Shown here in pieces: positions 22,596-30,275 of a DNA stretch of 52,311 bases. Numbering within the stretch: the first letter of the stretch is position 1; the number at the start of each line of letters is the position of its first letter. The notes beneath the pieces were generated by a model, which was given only the letters and a program-made list of their open reading frames with translations, searched no databases and was not told the DNA's origin. Source of the stretch: Acidobacteriota bacterium (GTDB lineage Bacteria; Acidobacteriota; Thermoanaerobaculia; UBA5066; Gp7-AA6); contig JBKOVK010000317.1 of the NCBI GenBank assembly GCA_046724475.1, positions 1 to 52,311 on the forward strand, written 5' to 3'. The position numbers and the translations under genes were made by a program.

Positions 22596-23116
22596 GGCGA
22601 GCCGCCGCCCTCGCGCTTCTGGCGGTCCTCCTCGCGGCGTGCGGGTGCGGCTACGCCCTGGTCGGGCAGAGCTCGTCGCTTCCCGAGAACATCAAGGTCA
22701 TCCAGTTCACGACGCTGGAGAACATGACCCAGCGCGTGGGTCTCGAGCAGCGGCTCTCCGCGGAGGTCGCGCGGGAGCTCGCCTCGCGGGGACGGTTCAA
22801 GGTGCAGGCCACGGCGGACGGCGCCGACGCGGTGCTCGCCGGCGCGGTGACGTTTTTCAACCTGTACCCGGTGGCGTTCGACAACCAGGGCCGGGCCACC
22901 GACTACCAGGTGCAGGTGACGGCCAGGGTGTCGCTGAAGAAGCTCCCGCCGGGAGAGAACGACACGATCTGGGCCAACCCCTCGTTCACCTTCCGCGACA
23001 ACTACCAGTTCTCCGTCAGCTCCGCCACCTATGTCGATCGGGAGAACGACGCGATCGACCGCGTCGCGGGGCGCTTCGCCCAGAGCCTCGTCACGAGCAT
23101 GTTGGAAGGGTTCTGA
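22592..23116 (+). CDS. lptE: LPS assembly lipoprotein LptE
   Basis: Lipobox-like (LAACGCGY.L), 174 aa, GTGA overlap directly after leuS (conserved synteny). Start moved from 22328. Confidence 0.85.
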   Translation: MRRAAALALLAVLLAACGCGYALVGQSSSLPENIKVIQFTTLENMTQRVGLEQRLSAEVARELASRGRFKVQATADGADAVLAGAVTFFNLYPVAFDNQGRATDYQVQVTARVSLKKLPPGENDTIWANPSFTFRDNYQFSVSSATYVDRENDAIDRVAGRFAQSLVTSMLEGF

Positions 23117-23125
23117 CGAGAGACT

Positions 23126-23164
23126 CCCTCTCCCCCTCGGGGGAGAGGGCCGGGGTGAAGGGGG
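23126..23164. repeat. REP-like palindrome / possible bidirectional terminator between lptE and rpsT
   Basis: Perfect 11-bp IR CCCTCTCCCCC-TC-GGGGGAGAGGG followed by CCGGGGTGAAGGGGG. Confidence 0.7.
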
Positions 23165-23413
23165 CTACTTCGCGGCCGCGGCTTTCGCCAGCCGGCTCTT
23201 GTAGCGCGCGGCGGCGTTGCGGTGGATGACGCCCTTGGCCAGGGCCCGGTCGATCTCGGCGTGGGTCCGCGGCAGGGCCTCGGACCTCTTCTTCGAATCG
23301 GTCTGGCGATACTTCTTGACGGCGCTGCGCAGCCGCGAGACGCGGGCCTTGTTACGGGCGCGCTTGCGGGCGGTGATGCGGATGCGCTTCTCGGCGGACT
23401 TGATGTTGGCCAT
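23165..23413 (-). CDS. rpsT: 30S ribosomal protein S20
   Basis: MANIKSAEKRIR, KGVIH.NAAARYKSRL. Confidence 0.97.
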   Translation of the reverse strand: MANIKSAEKRIRITARKRARNKARVSRLRSAVKKYRQTDSKKRSEALPRTHAEIDRALAKGVIHRNAAARYKSRLAKAAAAK

Positions 23414-23498
23414 GGCTGCGGTCTTTTCTCCTAAACGGCTGTTTTCGGTTTCGTGAGGCGGGAAGACTACCCCAAACCCGCCGGGGACGCCTACCGGG

Positions 23499-24335
23499 TT
23501 ACTTGACGTCGACTCCGAGCGTCTTCAAGCGGGCCCGCGCCAGGCGGGCCTCCTCCGAGGTGGGGAATTCGTGGATGACGTACTGGAGCTGGACGATGCC
23601 CTCGGGCTTCTGGTTAAGCTCCAGCATCGCGTAGCCCTTCTTCAGGAGCGCCGCGGCGGCCTTGTCGCTGGCCGGCCACTGCTTAAGGAGCTGTTCGAAA
23701 TCGGCGATGGCCTCGGGATACTTCTTCTGCGCGAAGTGCGACTCGCCCACCCAGTACTGGGCGTTGTCGGCGAGGTCCGTGCTCGGGTAGCTCGCGAGAT
23801 AGTCCTGGAAGCCCTGGATCGCGAGCGCGTAGCGGCCCTTGGTGTAGTCGGCGTAGGCGGTGTCGTAGAGCTCGGCCGGCGAGGGTCCGCCGGAAGCGGG
23901 ACGGGCGGACGCGCCGGGCGGAGAGCCGGGAGGCGGGGAACCTCCGGCGGGCGGCGGGACCGCTCCGTTGGAACCGCGCAGCCGCAGCAGGTCGCCCTGG
24001 GTCTCGGCGATCTGCTGGGAGAGCTGGGAGAGCCGGCGGTTGGTGTCCTCGAGCTTGGCTTCCAGCTGCTCCATCTTGGTCGTCAGCTCTCCGAGCTTGA
24101 CCGCCGTGTCAGCGTTGGACTTCAGGAGCTGCGTCGTCTGTGTCGAGACGTTCTGATTGACCTTGTCGACCTCTTCCTTGCTCGACGACTTGCGTTCGAG
24201 AGTCTGGATCTGCTTCTGGATGTCGTTCATCTGGCGGTGCAGGCCCTCGATGTCGTCCGAGGACACGCACGCGGCGCCCGAAACGAGCGCCGCGCCGAGA
24301 AGGCCAACCAGGCCGTAGCGGTGAGAGACCCTCAA
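23499..24335 (-). CDS. cpoB: Tol-Pal system protein CpoB/YbgF (lipoprotein-type signal)
   Basis: Coiled coil plus TPRs (YP..DLADNAQYW.GE, ALLKKG), after pal. TTG 24335 gives a signal peptide ending VSGAAC. Confidence 0.9.
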   Translation of the reverse strand: MRVSHRYGLVGLLGAALVSGAACVSSDDIEGLHRQMNDIQKQIQTLERKSSSKEEVDKVNQNVSTQTTQLLKSNADTAVKLGELTTKMEQLEAKLEDTNRRLSQLSQQIAETQGDLLRLRGSNGAVPPPAGGSPPPGSPPGASARPASGGPSPAELYDTAYADYTKGRYALAIQGFQDYLASYPSTDLADNAQYWVGESHFAQKKYPEAIADFEQLLKQWPASDKAAAALLKKGYAMLELNQKPEGIVQLQYVIHEFPTSEEARLARARLKTLGVDVK

Positions 24336-24337
24336 GA

Positions 24338-24895
24338 CTACTTGGCCGTGATCACGAGGTGAGCCCGCCGGTTCTGCTGCCAGCAGCTCTCGCTCGATTC
24401 GGTACAGAAGGGACGCTCCTTTCCGTAGGAAACGGTGCGAAGCTTCGAGCCGTCCACGCCAAGCGAAACAAGATATTCCTTCGCGGCATTCGCGCGGCGG
24501 TCGCCGAGCGCGAGGTTGTAGGCCGCGGTGCCTCTCTCGTCGCAGTGGCCTTCGATCAGGACCTGAACCGTCGGGTATTTCTTCAGCCACGCGGCGTCGG
24601 CCGCGAGCGCGGTCCGGGCGTCCTCGCGCAGGTCCGACTGGTCGTAGTCGAAGAACGCGTCGGTGAGATAGCCCGCCTTGTTCATCTCGGCGATGTCTTT
24701 GGAGAGGACTTCCGATTCGACGTCCTTGCGGGGAGCCGCCGTGGCGGGAGGAGGAACCGCGGTCTCGGGAGCCTTCGACGTGACGGGAGGACGCGCCTCC
24801 GGAGTCGTCGTCGGAGTCTTCTTCTTGCAGCCCGTCGCCAGCGCGAGGGCGGCCACGAGGGAAACCAGGGTGAGCGCCGTCAGTTTCCTTTGCAT
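24338..24895 (-). CDS. pal: Peptidoglycan-associated lipoprotein
   Basis: Lipobox LATGC, FFDYD, IEGHCDERGT..YNLALG.RRA, SYGKERP, NRR. Confidence 0.97.
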   Translation of the reverse strand: MQRKLTALTLVSLVAALALATGCKKKTPTTTPEARPPVTSKAPETAVPPPATAAPRKDVESEVLSKDIAEMNKAGYLTDAFFDYDQSDLREDARTALAADAAWLKKYPTVQVLIEGHCDERGTAAYNLALGDRRANAAKEYLVSLGVDGSKLRTVSYGKERPFCTESSESCWQQNRRAHLVITAK

Positions 24896-24992
24896 TCTCC
24901 GTTCTCCTTAGTGCGTCGACAGGGGATGCCGCGTTCGGAACTTCAATATAGCAAAGAGCTTGCCGATCCCCAACACGATTCGCTCGGAAGCG

Positions 24993-26303
24993 TCACGGGA
25001 TCCACGAGGGCTGATAGTGATTGCCTCCCTTGGTCAGCTGTCGCTTGTTCTGTCCGTTCGCGTCGGACGTGTAGATCTGTGTCGAGCCGCTGCGGCGCGA
25101 GGAGTAGACGATCTTCTCGCCGTCGGGCGACCAGGTCGGATGGCCATTGGATCCCTCCGAAGTGATCTGGACCGTCTGGCCGGTCTGAAAGTCCATCACG
25201 CAGATGTTGAAGTCGCCCTCGTTGCGGCACGCAAACGCGATACGCGAGCCGTCCGGAGACCAGGACCCCTCGTCGTTCCAGTTTCCAGCGAAGGTGACGC
25301 GACGCGAGTTCGTCCCCTCGGCGTCCATCACGTAGATCTGCGGCGTGCCGGTCAGGTCCGAGGTGTAGAGGATCTGGCGGCCCGTGGGCGACCAGGCGGG
25401 CGAGGCTTCGAGGGCGCGGCTCGTGGTGAGCCGCTTGGCCGTGCCGCCGGCGACGCCGACGGTGTAGATGTCGGCGTTTCCGCTGGCCGAGCCCGCGAAG
25501 GCGATCTCCCGCCCGTCCGGAGAGAGCGAGGGCGAGGCGTTGAGATCCACACCCGTGGGCACCTCCCGCTTGTCGGCCCCGTCGAGACCCATCGTCCAGA
25601 TCTGGGGATACAGGCGCACGTAGGAGGTGTAGGCGATGCGGCCGGCCGCGCCGCTGGGATTGATCGCGATGGACTTGTGCGAGGTCAGCGTCCGCGTATT
25701 GCGGCCGTCGAAGTCCATGGCTTCGATCTCCTTGATGCTGCCGGGGTGCTCGGTGACGTAGAGAATGGTCGACAGGAAGTTCCCCGGCTTGCCGGTGAAG
25801 TACTTGACGAGGTCGTTGGCGAACGTGTGGGCGATGCGCTCGACGTAGGACGCGCCGCCCGAGTATCGCCGTCCGAAGATGAGCTTGCGGGACTTCAGGT
25901 CCCAGACGCGGCCCTCGATCGACACCTTGTCGCCGCTGACGGATCCCCGACTGTCGACGAGAACCTCGGCGCCCGTGCCCAGCCACCGGTCGGCGGCGTC
26001 CTGGGTCGAAGGATCGCGATAGCCCTGCGGGTAGAGGGCCGGCTCGGCCACGACGAATGCCCCGGCATATTCGAGATCCGAACGCAGGGTCGCCGTGAAG
26101 GGATCCGTCACCTGCGCCTGGAGTGCCGCGGTTCCGGGAGCGTCGAGCGCCGGAACCGCGACAGTGAGACGCCGGGCGACGCCGCTCTTGATCGTGAGCT
26201 GAATGTCCTGACCCGGCGCGGGGGTCGGGACGGGCTGCTGACCGAACGCGGGCGCGGCCAGGAGGCAGAAGAGGGCCGCGATGAAAACGAAAGGTCGAAA
26301 CAT
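24993..26303 (-). CDS. tolB: Tol-Pal beta-propeller protein TolB
   Basis: Signal peptide, TolB N-domain, PD40 repeats (P.WSPDG). Start moved from 26435 to ATG 26303. Confidence 0.93.
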   Translation of the reverse strand: MFRPFVFIAALFCLLAAPAFGQQPVPTPAPGQDIQLTIKSGVARRLTVAVPALDAPGTAALQAQVTDPFTATLRSDLEYAGAFVVAEPALYPQGYRDPSTQDAADRWLGTGAEVLVDSRGSVSGDKVSIEGRVWDLKSRKLIFGRRYSGGASYVERIAHTFANDLVKYFTGKPGNFLSTILYVTEHPGSIKEIEAMDFDGRNTRTLTSHKSIAINPSGAAGRIAYTSYVRLYPQIWTMGLDGADKREVPTGVDLNASPSLSPDGREIAFAGSASGNADIYTVGVAGGTAKRLTTSRALEASPAWSPTGRQILYTSDLTGTPQIYVMDAEGTNSRRVTFAGNWNDEGSWSPDGSRIAFACRNEGDFNICVMDFQTGQTVQITSEGSNGHPTWSPDGEKIVYSSRRSGSTQIYTSDANGQNKRQLTKGGNHYQPSWIP

Positions 26304-26320
26304 GCGGAATCTCCGTTCTG

Positions 26321-27091
26321 TCACTCGAAAGCGAATGCGACCTGAACCCCGAGACGCGTTCCGGAGTATTCGGGGGGAAGAGGCGGGAGCGGCGACGAGG
26401 CCATGACGGCTCGCTGCGCCGCGCGGTCCACCCACGGGAGTCCGCTCGCGGTCACGAGACGGATGTCGGTGATGGTCCCGTCTCGCTCGATCTGAAAGTG
26501 GACGACCGGGTTCACCGGCGCGATCTGCAGGGGCAGCCAGTTTTGCTGCAGCAGCCCCGCCATCCGCTCGATGTAGACGGGGTACTTGAAGTCGGCCTGG
26601 TCGAGCTTGAGCCCGCCGATCGCGGAAGTTCCACCCGCGCCAGCCGCCGGACCAGTCGTGGCGCCGGGACTCTCTTCTCCGGCATTCGGCAGGCTGATCG
26701 CGGGCGGCGCCTCCCGGGCCGGCCGGCTGATCGGAGCCGGGGTGGGCTTCTTTTTCGTCTCCTTCTCTTTCGACGGCAGCAGCAGCGCCTTTTCCGACGG
26801 CTGTGGAGGTTTCTCTTCGGGCGGTTTCTCGATCTTGGGCTTCTCGGCCGCCGGAGGAGGAGGCGGCACCGGCGCCGGAGCCGTGCGAACCTCGGGCGCC
26901 GTCGGCGAGCCCATCCGGATCAGGCGCACGGCGACCGCGCGGGGCGCGGCGTAACGCATCGGCTTGGCGAAGACCGACACGATCAGTGCCACGAGCACGG
27001 CGACGTGCAGAAGAAAGGCCAGCAGCGCCGCGGTTCCCCAGGGGATCCGCTCCTGACGGCGCTCGGCGAGGACGTTGGCGACGGTATCCAT
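26321..27091 (-). CDS. tolA: TolA/TonB-family energy transducer
   Basis: TM helix with His (LLHV), Pro/Lys-rich linker, TonB_C-like domain (F.I.RDG.I.....SG...D.AA.RAV); lies between tolR and tolB. Confidence 0.82.
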   Translation of the reverse strand: MDTVANVLAERRQERIPWGTAALLAFLLHVAVLVALIVSVFAKPMRYAAPRAVAVRLIRMGSPTAPEVRTAPAPVPPPPPAAEKPKIEKPPEEKPPQPSEKALLLPSKEKETKKKPTPAPISRPAREAPPAISLPNAGEESPGATTGPAAGAGGTSAIGGLKLDQADFKYPVYIERMAGLLQQNWLPLQIAPVNPVVHFQIERDGTITDIRLVTASGLPWVDRAAQRAVMASSPLPPLPPEYSGTRLGVQVAFAFE

Positions 27092-27119
27092 CAGGCCCGA
27101 TCCGACGATCGCCGAGACG

Positions 27120-27548
27120 TCACTTCTTGGGGGCCCCCGAGGTGTCCGTCATGAGCCCGAGGCTCTCGATGCCCATCCGGTTCAGGAGGTCCAGCGTTTC
27201 GATGACGGTTCCGTAGGAAAGTCCGCGGTCGGCTTTCAGCAGCACGGCCTTCTCCTTGCGGCCTCGCAGAATCGAGCGCAGCCGATCACGGAGCAAACCC
27301 CGGGCCACCGGCGTCTCGTTGATGTAGTAGAGGCCGTCCCGGGAGATCGAGAGGACGATCGGGTCCTCCGGGTTCGACCGCAGGTTCGTCGTCGCCGTCT
27401 TGGGCAGCGCGACGGAGATGCCGGTGTGGAGCATCGGCGCGGTGACCATGAAGATGATCAGGAGAACCAGCATCACGTCCACCAGCGGCGTGACGTTGAT
27501 GTCCGCGAGGTGGTCGAACGGGTCGCCGGACTGGCGCTGGAAGGCCAT
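27120..27548 (-). CDS. tolR: TolR/ExbD
   Basis: INVTPLVDVMLVLLIIFMVTAP, AD..L.YG.V. Confidence 0.93.
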   Translation of the reverse strand: MAFQRQSGDPFDHLADINVTPLVDVMLVLLIIFMVTAPMLHTGISVALPKTATTNLRSNPEDPIVLSISRDGLYYINETPVARGLLRDRLRSILRGRKEKAVLLKADRGLSYGTVIETLDLLNRMGIESLGLMTDTSGAPKK

Positions 27549-27634
27549 CGTTAGAATGAGGCTGTTTGAGCGGCGCTCGACGCGCCGACGAGGGCGAAGA
27601 TTTGTTCCCGGCTAGCTTCCATCAGGATGACCCT

Positions 27635-28378
27635 TTAGGTGAAGTTCCTTTCTGCAAGATTGATGAACTCGAGAGAAAAGTCTTCCATGCCCGCCCGCTG
27701 CTCGCGGACTTTCCCCATGAAGTAGTTGTAGAAGATCATCGCGGGGATCGCGGCCGCCAGCCCCGCGGCCGTGTTGATGAGGGCTCCCGAGATGCCGGGC
27801 GCGACGGCGGCGATCGAAGTCGACCCCGTCTCGCCGATCGCTCGAAACGACTGCATGATGCCCCACACGGTGCCGAAGAGGCCGATGAACGGGCATGCCG
27901 CCGCCGTCGTCGCCAGGAAAGTCATGTTCCGCGTCAGCCGGGACATCTCGACACCGATCGCGCGCTCCAGGGCGCGCTCGATTCCGGAGATGTTCTTGAT
28001 CAGGAGCTTCCCGCCCTGGCCGCCCCCCGTGGTCGGGTTCTCGTCGGCGCGGTTGGCCTTCACCTGGGCGTCGAGCTCCGCGTAACCGGCTTTGAACAGG
28101 GTTGTCAGGGGGGTATCCGAGAGCTCCCCGGCGAAGGTGTTGACCTCGGAAAAGCGCTTTGACTTGCGGAAGAAATTGACGAATTTTTCGGACTGGCGGG
28201 ATACCCGGCGGAGGCGCAGAAACTTGGCAAAGATGATCACCCAGGAGACAAAAGAGAAGAACAAAAGGATACCCAGCACCACTTTATCGACGGCACCGGT
28301 GTCCCGGAAGAAGGAGAGGATGGGGTTGGCATGGGGAAGGTTTTCGGTGGTAACGGGCTGAAAAACGGTCCCCAGCAT
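27635..28378 (-). CDS. tolQ: TolQ/ExbB proton channel subunit
   Basis: S..SW.II..K, PFIGLFGTVWGIM.SF, VAPGIS.AL..TA.GL.AAIPA..FYN. Start moved from 28540 to ATG 28378. Confidence 0.93.
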   Translation of the reverse strand: MLGTVFQPVTTENLPHANPILSFFRDTGAVDKVVLGILLFFSFVSWVIIFAKFLRLRRVSRQSEKFVNFFRKSKRFSEVNTFAGELSDTPLTTLFKAGYAELDAQVKANRADENPTTGGGQGGKLLIKNISGIERALERAIGVEMSRLTRNMTFLATTAAACPFIGLFGTVWGIMQSFRAIGETGSTSIAAVAPGISGALINTAAGLAAAIPAMIFYNYFMGKVREQRAGMEDFSLEFINLAERNFT

Positions 28379-28466
28379 CGATTTCGACCGTAACATAGGG
28401 GGAAGGGAAGGGTCAAAGGGAATGGAGTCCAAATCCGGCGGGGTTGTCCCGAGTGTGAAGCTATTG

Positions 28467-30275
28467 GTGTATCGAGTTCTCATCGGCGCGGCGCTGGCGT
28501 GTTTCGTCGCGGCGAGCGCTCGGTCGGCGCCGACCGACATCCTGCCGGCCGGGCAGGTGACGCCCGGGATGCGAGGCTACGGTCTCTCCGACCTCGGCGA
28601 CGGAAAGGGCGTGCAGCGTTTCGACGTCGAGATCGTCGGCGTCCTGAAGAGCTACGCGCCGAAGCAGGACTTGATTCTCGCGCGCATCTTAAACGACGAG
28701 GCGCTCGCGAAGACCGGGATCATCGCCGGAATGAGCGGCAGCCCGATCTACGTCGATGACAAGCTGATCGGCGCTCTCGCGTATGGCTGGCCGTTCGCCC
28801 GCGATCCCATCTGCGGGATCACGCCGATCCAGAGCATGCTCGACATCCGCAAGGCGCCGGCGACCCCGCCGGTTCCGATCGGAGGCGCGGCGACTGCGAC
28901 CAAGGCGATGGTGTCGGCCTTCGGGACGGGGAAGTTCGCCGAGCCCTTCACCGCGCTCGTCGACGCGTTTCGCGGAAAGCCCGCAACCGGTAACGGCCCC
29001 GTGCCGCTGCCGCTGCCCGTCTCCTTTTCCGGCGTGACGACGCCGGGTACCGTCTTCGGGAAAGTCGCCGAAGCCGCGGGCTGGCTGGTGGCGCCCAGCG
29101 GCGCCTCCTCGCCCTCGGCCGGCGCGGCCTCGCCGGAGCCCGAAGGACGGCTCGAGCCCGGTTCCGCCGTGGCGGCCGTGCTTCTCAACGGAGACATGGT
29201 CCTGTCGGCGACAGGCACGGTGACCTGGGTCGACGGCAACTCGATCCTGGCCTTCGGCCACCCGTTCCTGTCGATGGGCCCGGTGGACATGCCGATGGCG
29301 AGGGCGGACGTGCTGACGGTGCTGCCATCGTTGTATCGCTCGTTCAAGTTCTCGACTACGGGACCGGCGCTGGGATCGGTCTCCCAGGATCGCTCGTCGG
29401 GCATCCTGGGCAGCTTCGGCAAGCCTCCGACCATGGTTCCGGTGACGATCAAGATGACGTCGGAGGACCTGCCTCCGCAGACGTTCCGCTTCGAGGTCGT
29501 CCACAATTCGATGCTGACGCCGATCCTGCTGGCGATGGCGACGGACAACGTTCTGACGACGCTCGAGAAGCGCGCCGGGGAACGCACGATCGTGTGGAAA
29601 TCCTCGATCGCGACGGACGACAAGCCGGTGCGCTGGGATTCGGTCTTCTCCGGCCTGACGGCGCGCGAGGAGGCCGTGGGCTCGCTCGCCCTGCTGACGA
29701 ATTACCTCATGGCCAACGAATTTCGCGATCTCTCGATTCGCGGCGTGGAGGTGGAGATCACGCACTCCGACCGCCTCCAGAGCGCGCGGATCGTCAATGT
29801 CGAGGCGCAGAAGGAGCGCGTGCGGCCTGGGGACACCGTGCCCGTGTGGGTGGACCTCGAGGACTTCCGCGGCGGCTCGCGGCGGGTCGTGATGACGGCG
29901 AAGATCCCCGAGAACACGCCCCCCGGACCGCTGACGCTCTTCGTCGGCGACGGCAACGCGGCGACGGCGTACGACCTCGCCCTCTATCCGCCCGATCCGC
30001 ACTCGCTCGATCAGGTGCTGGAGTTCCTGTCGCGGGTCCGTCCCCCGAACACCCTGAACCTCCTGGCCTATCGCGCGGCCGCCGGTGCCGTGGTCAACGG
30101 AGCGCCGCTGCCAGCGCTTCCGCCGACGCGGGCGGCGCTGCTGCGTGATCGCGGCCCGGGTGACGGTTCACCGGACCTCGGCTACCTGCGCCTCCAAGCG
30201 GAGTCGATCGAGCAGCCGGTGCCCGTCGCGGGGTCGGCCCGCCTGAATCTCGAAGTGCTCCCGAGGATCTGGTGA
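28467..30275 (+). CDS. Secreted SpoIVB-type (S55) serine peptidase, permuted
   Basis: Signal peptide from GTG 28467; D.....TGIIAGMSGSPIY...LIGA, and later GTVT......AFGH. Confidence 0.85.
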   Translation: MYRVLIGAALACFVAASARSAPTDILPAGQVTPGMRGYGLSDLGDGKGVQRFDVEIVGVLKSYAPKQDLILARILNDEALAKTGIIAGMSGSPIYVDDKLIGALAYGWPFARDPICGITPIQSMLDIRKAPATPPVPIGGAATATKAMVSAFGTGKFAEPFTALVDAFRGKPATGNGPVPLPLPVSFSGVTTPGTVFGKVAEAAGWLVAPSGASSPSAGAASPEPEGRLEPGSAVAAVLLNGDMVLSATGTVTWVDGNSILAFGHPFLSMGPVDMPMARADVLTVLPSLYRSFKFSTTGPALGSVSQDRSSGILGSFGKPPTMVPVTIKMTSEDLPPQTFRFEVVHNSMLTPILLAMATDNVLTTLEKRAGERTIVWKSSIATDDKPVRWDSVFSGLTAREEAVGSLALLTNYLMANEFRDLSIRGVEVEITHSDRLQSARIVNVEAQKERVRPGDTVPVWVDLEDFRGGSRRVVMTAKIPENTPPGPLTLFVGDGNAATAYDLALYPPDPHSLDQVLEFLSRVRPPNTLNLLAYRAAAGAVVNGAPLPALPPTRAALLRDRGPGDGSPDLGYLRLQAESIEQPVPVAGSARLNLEVLPRIW

